64,000 bases of DNA from Clostridiales bacterium UBA1206. Its GTDB lineage: Bacteria; Bacillota; Clostridia; Oscillospirales; CAG-382. Position numbers and translations under genes: made by a program. Under the pieces are notes generated by a model. It made no database searches, was not told where the DNA came from, and was given only the letters and a program-made list of their open reading frames with translations. Positions 54,203-63,235 of this stretch are shown here, piece after piece. Numbering within the stretch: position 1 is the stretch's first letter; each line of letters begins with the position of its first letter. The DNA lies in contig DBXS01000010.1 of assembly GCA_002310055.1 (NCBI GenBank), positions 2,598 through 66,597 of the forward strand, written 5' to 3'.

Positions 54203-54915
54203 CAATCGTTCCTCCTGCCGGCGAAACGGGAAATGAGCGCCAGATACCTGAGGATGGTCATAACCGAGGTGAACAGCGCGGCGACGTAGGTCAGCGCGGC
54301 GGCGGAAAGCACCTTGCGGGCGCCTTTCTGCTCCTCGGCCGTGAGTATGCCGGTGTCCTTGATGGCTTTCATCCCCCGGCGCGAAGCGTCGAATTCGGTG
54401 GGCAGCGTGACGAGCTGGAACAGCGCGCACGCGGAATACGCGGCGATGCCTATATACGCGACGATGACGAGTTCCGGGTTGAGCGTCGCCATAAATATGC
54501 CGGCGATTATGAGTATGACCCCCAGCCGCGAACTGATATTCGTCGCCTTGACGATGGCGTTGCGGAATTTGGCGGGCAGATATCCTTCGTAATGCTGCAC
54601 CGCGTGTCCCGCCTCGTGGCAGGCGACGCCGACCGCGGCGATAGAAGCCGAATCGTAGACTTTCTGCGAAAGCCGTATGACGTCTTCCTTCGGGTCGTAA
54701 TGGTCGGTGAGATCTCCGGCTATGCGCTCTATACGCAAATACGTTATGCCGTTCGCCAAAAGCACCCTGCGGGCGGCCTCGGCCCCGGTCACGCCCTGCG
54801 CCGCAAGCACTTTGGAATACTTGTTGTAGCGCGACGTGACGAGCAGCTGCGCCAGCAGCGAAACGACGAGCGCAGGCACTATGAATATCAGATAAGTCGA
54901 ATCGAAATAGAACAT
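54202..54915 (-). CDS. membrane-associated zinc metallopeptidase (Zn_peptidase_2-like)
   Basis: The HEAGHAVQH zinc motif flanked by TM segments. AAGGAG SD sequence. Confidence 0.8.
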   Translation of the reverse strand: MFYFDSTYLIFIVPALVVSLLAQLLVTSRYNKYSKVLAAQGVTGAEAARRVLLANGITYLRIERIAGDLTDHYDPKEDVIRLSQKVYDSASIAAVGVACHEAGHAVQHYEGYLPAKFRNAIVKATNISSRLGVILIIAGIFMATLNPELVIVAYIGIAAYSACALFQLVTLPTEFDASRRGMKAIKDTGILTAEEQKGARKVLSAAALTYVAALFTSVMTILRYLALISRFAGRRND

Positions 54916-54940
54916 TTCTTCTCCTTACGGCGTAAACGGT

Positions 54941-55924
54941 TCATATGACTTTGTTCCCGGCCAAAAACGCCTGAGCGGTCATCCTGCCCTTGCCTTCGGG
55001 CTGGAGCTCGGTAATGACTATCGCTCCCGCGCCGCAGGCGATACAGATGCCGCGTTTATCGGCGAACAGAATCTCGCCCGGCTCGCCGGAACTTTTGTCG
55101 TTTGCGGTGAGTTCGAGAAACGCGCCGGAGAAGTCGTCGAAATAATGCTTGGGGTACGGCTGACCTTCCGAATGCGCGAATTTCGCCTTAAATACCTTCA
55201 CGCGCTTGCCGGCGAGGAAGGTATACGCCCCCGGCGAGGGGCAGAGCCCGCGGATGAGGTTATACACATCGCAAACGGGTTTTGTAATATCGATCTGCGT
55301 TTCTTCTTTTTCGACCTTGGGCGCGTAGGTCGCAAGGTCGTTGTTTTGTTTGATATGCCCGACCGGACCTTCGGCCGCGAGGTTTACATAATCTTCCAAC
55401 GCGTCGCACCCGAGCTTGGTAACCATCTCATAATACGCGCCGAAATCCATATCGTACGGAATGACTGCGGTCTTTATGAGTATGATATCTCCGGTGTCCA
55501 TACCCTCGTTCATATACATTATCGTGACGCCGCCCAGCGTGTCGCCGTTGATTATCGCGCGGTTGATGGGCGAAGCGCCGCGCAGCATAGGCAGCAGCGA
55601 CGCGTGCACGTTCACGCAGCCCATCGGCGGTATGGAAAGCACCTCGGGCGGGAAGATCTTGCCGTACGCTGCGGTGATGAACACGTCGGCGCCGAAAGAC
55701 GCAAGAGTTTCACGCGCTTCTTCCGTGCGCAGCGTTGCGGGCTGATAAACGGGCAGACCCAGTTCCAGCGCCGCTTTTTTGACCGCGGACGGTTCGAGCT
55801 TATATCCCCTGCCCTTGGGTTTGTCGGGCGCGGTGACGACGCACAGCACCTGAGTGCCGGTGTCGACGAGCCGTCTGAGACACGCCTCGGCGATCTCGGG
55901 CGTTCCGAAAAATACTGCTTTCAT
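54941..55924 (-). CDS. fmt: methionyl-tRNA formyltransferase
   Basis: MKAVFFGTPE and HASLLPMLRGASPI (the SLLP motif). Confidence 0.95.
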   Translation of the reverse strand: MKAVFFGTPEIAEACLRRLVDTGTQVLCVVTAPDKPKGRGYKLEPSAVKKAALELGLPVYQPATLRTEEARETLASFGADVFITAAYGKIFPPEVLSIPPMGCVNVHASLLPMLRGASPINRAIINGDTLGGVTIMYMNEGMDTGDIILIKTAVIPYDMDFGAYYEMVTKLGCDALEDYVNLAAEGPVGHIKQNNDLATYAPKVEKEETQIDITKPVCDVYNLIRGLCPSPGAYTFLAGKRVKVFKAKFAHSEGQPYPKHYFDDFSGAFLELTANDKSSGEPGEILFADKRGICIACGAGAIVITELQPEGKGRMTAQAFLAGNKVI

Positions 55925-55952
55925 ATCGTTTGCGGTAATTCCTTCTTTGTTT

Positions 55953-56426
55953 TCAGTCTTCGGTCTCTATCTCGTCGGGGTCGAGCATACGCTCGGCTTT
56001 GTCTATATAAAGCACTCCGTCGAGATGGTCCAGCTCGTGGCAGAAACAGCGGGCGGTGAGCCCGGTGCCGGTGTACGTTTTTTCGACTCCGTGCCTGTCG
56101 AGCGCCCTGACCGTGACTTCTGCGGGGCGTTTGACTATTCCCCACTGGCCGGGACACGAAAGGCAGGCTTCTATTTCTTCCTGCTCGCCTTTGGTGTCGA
56201 CGATGACGGGATTTATGAGCTCAAGTATTTCACTGCCGTCATCCACCAGCACGATGCGTTTGAGCACGCCGACCTGCGGCGCGGCGAGCCCCACGCCGTT
56301 GGCGTCTTTAAGCGTTTCGCGCATATCGTCGAGCAGGGTGAGTATGCGCGGAGTTATTTCTTCTACCGGGCGGCATTTTTTGCGTAAAATGCCGTCGCCG
56401 TTTTTGCGTATGTTCAAAAGTGCCAT
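55953..56426 (-). CDS. def: peptide deformylase
   Basis: Motifs GVGLAAPQVG, EACLSCPG and HELDHLDG. Confidence 0.95.
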   Translation of the reverse strand: MALLNIRKNGDGILRKKCRPVEEITPRILTLLDDMRETLKDANGVGLAAPQVGVLKRIVLVDDGSEILELINPVIVDTKGEQEEIEACLSCPGQWGIVKRPAEVTVRALDRHGVEKTYTGTGLTARCFCHELDHLDGVLYIDKAERMLDPDEIETED

Positions 56427-56443
56427 ATTGCCTCCGGAAAAAC

Positions 56444-58912
56444 TTAGATAATGGGCGGGTTGATATCGATATCCGCGCGCACCGGCTTGCGGACGAGCTT
56501 ACATATTTCGGCGTACGATTCCGCAAGGAACGCGCGGGATGCGGATTTGTCTTTGTATTTTATGATTATCCTCTGCCTATATTTGTTGCGCAGCCGGTAC
56601 ACGCCTTCACGGTACGGGCCGAGCTTGATTATGGGAAGTTCGGGATATTTCTGCGCGTGGATGCGCGCTATCACGCCGCTCATCGCCTCGGCTGCCGAGT
56701 TCGCGTCGGATTCGGTCTCGGCGGCGAAGGTGAACACCGCGATATCGCAGAACGGCGGGAACACCACCGCGCGCCTGAGCGCGATCTCGCTTTTGTAGAA
56801 CTTTTCGTAATCCTGCGTCATCGAAAGACGGAGTATCTCGTTTTCGGGATTATACGTCTGGAACAGCGCTTCGCCTTTTCGGTCGCTTCTGCCGGAGCGC
56901 CCCGCCAGCTGAGTGAACAGCGAAAACGTGCGCTCGCCCGCGCGGAAGTCGTTCATATAAAGCGACGAATCGGCCGAGACCACGCCCACCAGCCCCACTT
57001 TGGGGAAATCCAGCCCTTTGGCTATCATCTGCGTGCCGAACAGCACGTCGTATTCGCCCTGCGCGAAGGCGCGGATGATGTTTTCGTGCGAATATTTTTC
57101 CGACGTGGTGTCGGCGTCCATACGCACGCAGTTGAGGGACGGAAAATCTGACGCGAGTTCGTCCTGGAGTTTCTGCGTGCCGAAACCCGTGTGGCCGATA
57201 TGCGGACTGCCGCATTCGGTACATACGTCGGGCTTGTTCATAACGTAGCCGCAGTAATGACAGATGAGCTTGTTGCGTTTTGAAGCGTCGCCGTACGCAT
57301 GGTACGTGAGCGACACCGAGCAGTTGGGGCAGGTGAAGACGTGCCCGCATTTCATACAGTAAAGGTGCGAATCGTACCCGCGACGGTTGACGAACAGTAT
57401 GCTCTGCCGCCCCTCACGCGCGGTGTTTTCGATTTCTTCGGCGAGCTGCGACGAGATTATCATGCCGTTTTCGGCGCGTTCGTCGCGGCGCATATCGAGA
57501 GCGCGGCATTCCGGCATTTCGGCGTCGCCCGCGCGTGACGGAAGCCGGATGAGTTCGTATATCCCCTGCTGCGCTTTGAAGAAGCTTTCGACAGAAGGCG
57601 TCGCCGAAGCGAGCAGCATAAGGCATTTGTTATGCGCGCAGCGGAACCGCGCTATGTCGCGCGCGTGATATTTGGGAGTGTTTTCGGATTTATAAGTGTG
57701 CTCCTGTTCTTCGTCTATAGCGATGAGCCCGATATTGTCGAGCGGCGCGAATACCGCCGAGCGGGTGCCTATGACCACGTCCACTTCGTGAGCGAGTATG
57801 CGGCGGCAGGTATCCAGCCGTTCTCCCACCGAAAGCATCGAATGCAGCACCGCGAGCCGTTCGCCGAAAGCGCCGCGGAACACCGACACCGCCTGCGCGG
57901 TGAGTCCTATCTCCGCCACGAGCACTATGGCGGATCTGCCCGACGCAATGGCTTTTTTGCACGCTTCGATTATGACGCGCGTCTTGCCGCTGCCGGTCAC
58001 GCCGTAAAGCAGCGCGGCTTTGGGCTCGCCGCTTTCCATAAGCGTTCCTATCCGTTCGAACGCCGCAGTCTGACATTCGTTGAGCGGGAGCGCGGAAACG
58101 TCTTTTGCCGTGCGCGGTTCGGAAATATAGTACGCGCGTTCTTCCGGGCGTTCGTATTTTTCAAGTATGTTCGACCTGCAAAGTCCGGTAAGCACCGACC
58201 TGCCTATGCCGAAAAGTTCTTCCGCTTCGTTCGCGCCTATGACGCCGCCGTCTTTGAGGAAGGCGACTATGCGGCGCTGTTTTTCGGTGCGCAGCGATTC
58301 GGGGTTTTCGGCGGCGTACGCCGCCTCGTCGCCCGACGCGAGCTTATACATAAGCGACTTTTTTTCGTTTATCTTTTTGCGGGATTCGCTCGTCATCCTG
58401 AGCGCGCCGAGCTTTGCGAGCGAACGCAGGAGTATCGAGACCTCCTCGCCGAATTCGGTGACAAGCGCGCTTTCGGGAGTCCTGCCGTTTTCCGCGATAT
58501 AATCGTAGATAAAGCATCCTTTGTCGTTTAAGCGCGTTTTGTCGTATTCGAGCGCCTCGAAATAAACGCGCGTCTCTATCTCCTGCCCCGCGGGCAGCGC
58601 GGTGCGCACCGCCGCGCCGAACGTGCAGAAACAGCGTTCGCTCATAAAGCGGCAGAGCGAAAGCGTTTCGTCGTTCAGCGGCACGGGATATTCGAATATG
58701 TCGGCGAGCGGCTTGACCTGCGGATATTCGCATTCGTCGGCGAGCGAGGTTATGACCCCGGTGCGCAGTTTGTTGGAATTGCCGTACGGCACCGTACACA
58801 TCGCGCCCGCGCGCGCTTTGGCGCGCAGTTCGGGACGGATATAGTAAGTATATTCGCGGTCATAGCGCTGCGTCGCGTTGAGGATGCGCACAAAGGCGTA
58901 GACCTTTTCCAT
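56444..58912 (-). CDS. priA: primosomal replication-restart helicase PriA
   Basis: Walker A GVTGSGKT, DEEQ box, and a Cys-rich zinc insertion (CMKCGHVFTCPNC...CHYCG...CTECG). Confidence 0.95.
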   Translation of the reverse strand: MEKVYAFVRILNATQRYDREYTYYIRPELRAKARAGAMCTVPYGNSNKLRTGVITSLADECEYPQVKPLADIFEYPVPLNDETLSLCRFMSERCFCTFGAAVRTALPAGQEIETRVYFEALEYDKTRLNDKGCFIYDYIAENGRTPESALVTEFGEEVSILLRSLAKLGALRMTSESRKKINEKKSLMYKLASGDEAAYAAENPESLRTEKQRRIVAFLKDGGVIGANEAEELFGIGRSVLTGLCRSNILEKYERPEERAYYISEPRTAKDVSALPLNECQTAAFERIGTLMESGEPKAALLYGVTGSGKTRVIIEACKKAIASGRSAIVLVAEIGLTAQAVSVFRGAFGERLAVLHSMLSVGERLDTCRRILAHEVDVVIGTRSAVFAPLDNIGLIAIDEEQEHTYKSENTPKYHARDIARFRCAHNKCLMLLASATPSVESFFKAQQGIYELIRLPSRAGDAEMPECRALDMRRDERAENGMIISSQLAEEIENTAREGRQSILFVNRRGYDSHLYCMKCGHVFTCPNCSVSLTYHAYGDASKRNKLICHYCGYVMNKPDVCTECGSPHIGHTGFGTQKLQDELASDFPSLNCVRMDADTTSEKYSHENIIRAFAQGEYDVLFGTQMIAKGLDFPKVGLVGVVSADSSLYMNDFRAGERTFSLFTQLAGRSGRSDRKGEALFQTYNPENEILRLSMTQDYEKFYKSEIALRRAVVFPPFCDIAVFTFAAETESDANSAAEAMSGVIARIHAQKYPELPIIKLGPYREGVYRLRNKYRQRIIIKYKDKSASRAFLAESYAEICKLVRKPVRADIDINPPII

Positions 58913-59188
58913 TTATTCCTGTTCGGCTTTGAGCAGCTCTTCGGGGAGTATTATCTTGAACTCCTCGTCGCAGAGCTTGCGGATGGTCACCGAAACGGCT
59001 TTTTCGTTTACGGCTTCGCCGGTCGGAAGTTTGACGTCCTTGCCGTGTTCTTCGCGCTTGAGTTCGACTTCCTCGCGTTCCTTGTTCTGCTTGTCGTTGA
59101 TATAACGCGCTCCCTTTGCGGTGGCTATGACGAGAGCGTAACGGTTGACTTTGTCGTTAGTCATTTGCTGAACGGAAGGGTACAACAT
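58913..59188 (-). CDS. rpoZ: DNA-directed RNA polymerase subunit omega
   Basis: NRYALVIATAKGARYI core. Position between gmk and priA. Its stop codon abuts the priA ATG. Confidence 0.88.
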   Translation of the reverse strand: MLYPSVQQMTNDKVNRYALVIATAKGARYINDKQNKEREEVELKREEHGKDVKLPTGEAVNEKAVSVTIRKLCDEEFKIILPEELLKAEQE

Positions 59189-59221
59189 TTTATTTATCTC
59201 CTTAAAAATGTAGAATATGTA

Positions 59222-59830
59222 TTATTCCGGTAAAATTATATGCGGGATACCGCGCTTTGACGAAAGCTGCTCCGCGCGCACGATCTCGCGCACGTACTGC
59301 GCCGAAAGATCGCTTTTCCCGTCTTCGTTGACGATTATATAATCGTACTTGGGCATAAGCGAAAGCTCGTGACGCGCCGTGGAAAGCCGGCGGATAATGG
59401 CTTCCTCGGTCTCGGTGTTCCTGCCGCGCAGACGGGCTTCGAGCTGTTCGTACGAAGGCGGGCAGATGAATATCAGCACAGCGTCACGCATCTTGCTCTT
59501 GACCTGGAACGCGCCGTCGGTCTCTATTTCGAGCACCACGTTTTCGCCCGCTTCGAAATGCGCTTTCATGGGTGGGAGCGGCGTGCCGTAATAGTTGCCG
59601 TTGTATTCGGTGTATTCGAGCATTTCGCCCCTCTTTACGCGGCGCATGAATTCGGTGCGGGTGACAAAGTAGTAATCCTCGCCCTCGCGTTCCATATAGC
59701 GCGGTTTGCGCGAAGTTGCGGAGACCGATTTGAAATAATTGCTTTCACCTTCCACAAGGTAATTGACAATGGTCCCCTTGCCCACTCCGGCGGGGCCGGA
59801 AATTATAAGCAGTAATCCTTTATTTATCAT
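59222..59830 (-). CDS. gmk: guanylate kinase
   Basis: P-loop GPAGVGKGT and the pattern S.TSR.PR..E..G.DY.F. Confidence 0.95.
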   Translation of the reverse strand: MINKGLLLIISGPAGVGKGTIVNYLVEGESNYFKSVSATSRKPRYMEREGEDYYFVTRTEFMRRVKRGEMLEYTEYNGNYYGTPLPPMKAHFEAGENVVLEIETDGAFQVKSKMRDAVLIFICPPSYEQLEARLRGRNTETEEAIIRRLSTARHELSLMPKYDYIIVNEDGKSDLSAQYVREIVRAEQLSSKRGIPHIILPE

Positions 59831-60065
59831 CGGCGGCGTTCATCCTTTCTATTATCGTTTCGGGCTCTTCTGCCGAAAGAATGAAATGCTCGCTGTCGGT
59901 GATTATGACAGAGCGCGTCTTTTTGCCGCAGCTGACGTCGATGGCGCGGTTGGCGTTTTTGGCGTCCTGGACCAGCCGGCGAACCGGAAGCGAATCCGGC
60001 GATACCACGCAGACCACTCTTGCCGCGTTGACGCTGCTGCCGAAACCGATATCGGCAAATTTCAT
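59820..60065 (-). CDS. remA: DUF370 protein RemA (extracellular-matrix regulator family)
   Basis: 81 aa. IGFGSSVNAARVVCVVSPDS.PVRRL...KTRSVIITDS, canonical DUF370. Conserved position upstream of gmk. Confidence 0.88.
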   Translation of the reverse strand: MKFADIGFGSSVNAARVVCVVSPDSLPVRRLVQDAKNANRAIDVSCGKKTRSVIITDSEHFILSAEEPETIIERMNAADDK

Positions 60066-60079
60066 TTTTATGCCTCCGT

Positions 60080-60958
60080 TTACTCTATGTTCTGTATCTG
60101 TTCTCTGATTTTTTCAAGTTCCGCCTTGGCGTCTATGACAATTCCCGCCATTTCGGTGTTGTTGCATTTGGAACCCGTGGTGTTGATCTCGCGGTTGATC
60201 TCCTGCACCAGAAAATCCATTTTTTTGCCTATGGCGGCGGATTTTTCGAGCATATCCTCGAACTGCGCGAGATGGCTGCCCAGCCGCACGAGCTCTTCGG
60301 TGACGTCGCAGCGGTCGGCGTAGACCGCGCATTCGGTGAGCAGACGGGTCTCGTCCACCGGCGCGCCGCCCAGCAGTTCTTTCACGCGCTCGCACATACG
60401 CGCGTTGGCTTCTTTGACCGAATCCGGCGCGAGCAGCGCGAGTCTTTCGCGCATAGACGCGAGTGACGCGAGCCGCGCAGAGATGTCTTCGCGCAGTTTT
60501 TCGCCCTCTTTTTCGCGCATCTGCATATAAGCGTCGAGCGCCTCGCCTAGCACGGCGCGGACGTCGAGCCACACCGATTCTATGTCTTCTTCGGGCTTTC
60601 GCGCGATGAATACTTCCTGTTTCATCGAAAGCATGCGCAGGTCGATCTCCCCCGCGACGCCGTAATCCTCTTTTATCTTGCGCAGCGAATCCATATATGC
60701 TTCAAGATATTCGCGGTTCAGCGAAAGTTGCGTGGGATCGCCTTCTATATTGTCGATGGAAACGTATACGTCGATCTTCCCGCGCGAAACGCGTTCCGAA
60801 ACGGTCTTCTTGATGCGCTCCTCGAACGCCGAATACATACGGTTGATGCGCACGTTCTGTTCGAGATAGCGGTTGTTGACGGATTTTATCTCGCAGGTGA
60901 TGTCCCTGCCGCCGATCAGTTTTCTGGCGCGGCCGTAGCCGGTCATGCTTCTTATCAT
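60080..60958 (-). CDS. yicC: YicC/YloC family endoribonuclease (stress-induced protein)
   Basis: MIRSMTGYGRA N-terminus and C-terminal EINREINTTGSK...ELEKIREQIQNIE. Confidence 0.9.
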   Translation of the reverse strand: MIRSMTGYGRARKLIGGRDITCEIKSVNNRYLEQNVRINRMYSAFEERIKKTVSERVSRGKIDVYVSIDNIEGDPTQLSLNREYLEAYMDSLRKIKEDYGVAGEIDLRMLSMKQEVFIARKPEEDIESVWLDVRAVLGEALDAYMQMREKEGEKLREDISARLASLASMRERLALLAPDSVKEANARMCERVKELLGGAPVDETRLLTECAVYADRCDVTEELVRLGSHLAQFEDMLEKSAAIGKKMDFLVQEINREINTTGSKCNNTEMAGIVIDAKAELEKIREQIQNIE

Positions 60959-60959
60959 T

Positions 60960-61469
60960 TCAGCTCCTCCCGCGCTTGAAAAGCGCGTAATACCTTGATA
61001 TCATAAGCGTGAGCGCTATATCGTAGACGACGAAGATGAAGTTGCCCAGCAGATACACCCACCATACGAACCCCAGCGGCTCGTCGCTCGCCACGGTAAA
61101 ATACATGCCGAGCCAGATTATAAGCGTGAGCATCACGTTTGAAACGACTATCTTTACCGCCCACATAAGCGGCTTGTTTTTTATGAGCTCGCAGAATTCC
61201 TTGATTATGGAATACAGCCCGCCGTAAAACACGAAAACTATGGCGGTATTCTTGTTTGGCAGCAGCACGAACGCGAGCAGTCCGGACGCGGCGTAAACGC
61301 CGAGCGCTGTCACCCGGTCGCATTCTATGCGCGCGATTATGACGAGTATCCCGGCGGCGAACGCCGCGGTCATATCCAGCGAGGTTATCACGCTGCCCAG
61401 CGACATCAAAAGCACCGCGGAAGCCGAAAGCACTCCGGCGAGCGCCACGCGTTTAGTCTTTTTTTTCAT
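60960..61469 (-). CDS. small multi-TM membrane protein of unknown function
   Basis: ORF 60960..61718 trimmed to ATG 61469 (the upstream part overlaps the J-protein gene). About five hydrophobic helices. No family recognised. Confidence 0.6.
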   Translation of the reverse strand: MKKKTKRVALAGVLSASAVLLMSLGSVITSLDMTAAFAAGILVIIARIECDRVTALGVYAASGLLAFVLLPNKNTAIVFVFYGGLYSIIKEFCELIKNKPLMWAVKIVVSNVMLTLIIWLGMYFTVASDEPLGFVWWVYLLGNFIFVVYDIALTLMISRYYALFKRGRS

Positions 61470-61477
61470 ATCGCGCC

Positions 61478-62074
61478 TCACCTGCAGCAGCTGCACATAA
61501 GATCGGCGCAGATGAGCCCGGTGCAGATATCGCATCCGGTGCATCCTCCGGTATCGGCGGTGTTGTACGGCGAACTGCGGGCGGTGTTGGAAAACATATC
61601 GAGCATATTGCGGTATTCGGCGTTGGAAGGATCCAACTGACAGGCGAGCGTAAGATGCTCGCGCGCCTGCTGCAGCCATCCCTTGCGCATATATACCACG
61701 CCGGTGAGGAAATGCCATTCGGCGCTGTTTTTGTCGGGCTCGCGGTCTAACAGGATCTCGGCTTCGGATATGCGGTTCTGATTTAGCAGGTCGCGTATGC
61801 GGGCGTAACCCGAAGACGCGCCCGAACTGCCGGTATAACCGGAAGAATATGTATCGTTCCCGCCGCTCGAATACGTTCCGCCCGAAGCGCGCATCTTGGT
61901 GATCGTGTCGTACGCTTCGTTTATTTCCTTCATCTTTTCGTCGGCGAGGTCGGCGAGCGGGTTGTCGACGTAGTTGTCGGGATGGTATTTCTTTACCAAG
62001 GCGCGGTACGCCTTTTTGATCTCTTCGTCGGACGCCTGAGGCGAAACGCCCAAGACTTTGTAGGGATCTGTCAT
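61478..62074 (-). CDS. J-domain protein with a TPR-like middle and a cysteine-rich C-terminal tail
   Basis: J-domain DPYKVLGV...[17 protein letters not shown]-like [24 protein letters not shown]. Tail [23 protein letters not shown]. Confidence 0.85.
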   Translation of the reverse strand: MTDPYKVLGVSPQASDEEIKKAYRALVKKYHPDNYVDNPLADLADEKMKEINEAYDTITKMRASGGTYSSGGNDTYSSGYTGSSGASSGYARIRDLLNQNRISEAEILLDREPDKNSAEWHFLTGVVYMRKGWLQQAREHLTLACQLDPSNAEYRNMLDMFSNTARSSPYNTADTGGCTGCDICTGLICADLMCSCCR

Positions 62075-62928
62075 TTATCGGTTCCTTTCAGTTTATTCGC
62101 CGCGGCGGCGAAACAATCCGCCGAGCCGAGCTGCGCGATATTGTAGACCAGTTTATCGTAAACGCTGCCGCCGGACCGTTCGTACGCGCGGCAGAACGCG
62201 TGGATGCTGTCGCGCAAAGTCTGCCCGATATCCCCGGCGGCGCCGATGACGGCGTCCGGAGAGCCGTAATATTCCGCAAGCACGTTGAAATTGCCCTTTT
62301 TTTCGTCGCGCAATACGTCCTCGAACGCGTCTATAAGGTAGATATATCTGCCGATATGGTAGCCGCATTCCCAAAGGATATCGCGTTCTTCCCCTTCGGT
62401 ACCGTACGACGCGGCGAGCGCCGTGACGGCGGCAAAGGAATCCGAAACCAGATCGGGCGAAGAGACGCGCGCTTTTTCAAGCCCGGCAAGCGCCGAAAGC
62501 CGCTCTTTCACGTCTTCCGCAAGGCCCGGACACAGCGCCGAAGCGCGTTTGAACATACCGCGTGCGAACAGCGCCCTGAATTTTGCCGCGACGCGTGAAA
62601 GACCGCGATTGTCGGCGACGTCGTCGAGCGCCTTGTAATACAGCAGTATTCCGAAAGCCGCCGAAGTATAGAGGGCGGATTCGTTTTCGCACAGCATACA
62701 TTTCTTTTTGAGCGAATACGGGCAGCGGCGCGTTTCGGCGCACGCTTTGTCGCCGCATACCGCCATGCGCACCAGACACAGAAAGACGAAATCGTTATTC
62801 AAAAGCAGCCGCGTAAAGCGCGAAACGCGCTTGCCGCCGATACGGCAGATCCCGCAGTAGACCGCTTTGTAAAACTCGTTTTCCTTGACCAGAAGTTCGG
62901 AGGCGCGGGGCTTTATGTAACCGAACAC
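62071..62928 (-). CDS. DUF5685 family protein
   Basis: GTG start after AAGGAGG. The N-terminus (M)[28 protein letters not shown] matches the DUF5685 signature as I remember it. ATGA overlap with the J-protein gene. Confidence 0.7.
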   Translation of the reverse strand: MFGYIKPRASELLVKENEFYKAVYCGICRIGGKRVSRFTRLLLNNDFVFLCLVRMAVCGDKACAETRRCPYSLKKKCMLCENESALYTSAAFGILLYYKALDDVADNRGLSRVAAKFRALFARGMFKRASALCPGLAEDVKERLSALAGLEKARVSSPDLVSDSFAAVTALAASYGTEGEERDILWECGYHIGRYIYLIDAFEDVLRDEKKGNFNVLAEYYGSPDAVIGAAGDIGQTLRDSIHAFCRAYERSGGSVYDKLVYNIAQLGSADCFAAAANKLKGTDK

Positions 62929-62986
62929 GGCGACGCCTCCTTCTGAAAGTCATAATCTGCGCATATTACAGTTATTTTATTATAGT

Positions 62987-63015
62987 ATAATAGCACAAAC
63001 GAACCGAAAAATCAA
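62987..63015 (-). promoter_or_regulatory. sigma-A-like promoter (TTGATT-N17-TATTAT, TG-extended) for the DUF5685-led gene string
   Basis: On the minus strand: TTGATT (63015-63010), 17-nt spacer ending in TGC, TATTAT (62992-62987). Confidence 0.5.
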
Positions 63016-63060
63016 TAAATTTCGGTAAATTTAACGTTACATAAATTTTACGGGCAAATA

Positions 63061-63082
63061 TTTTTACGCGCGCGCGTAAAAA
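63061..63082. repeat. perfect 22-bp palindrome TTTTTACGCGCGCGCGTAAAAA
   Basis: Self-complementary over all 22 nt, with an alternating (CG)5 core. It lies between divergent promoters. Confidence 0.9.
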
Positions 63083-63117
63083 AGACGTACGGTGCGTTTG
63101 TTTTTGTAAAAAAACAG

Positions 63118-63146
63118 TTGCAATTCCCCGCCGGGTGATGTATAAT
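63118..63146 (+). promoter_or_regulatory. sigma-A-like promoter (TTGCAA-N17-TATAAT) for gpmI
   Basis: TTGCAA at 63118-63123 and TATAAT at 63141-63146, leaving a 5' UTR of about 85 nt. Confidence 0.6.
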
Positions 63147-63235
63147 ATCATATTGAATAATTATATATGCCGCCTTGCGGGACACCCGCTTCAAGGAGCG
63201 TCCGCGGCGGCTCGCATACAAGGAGAAACAAAGGT

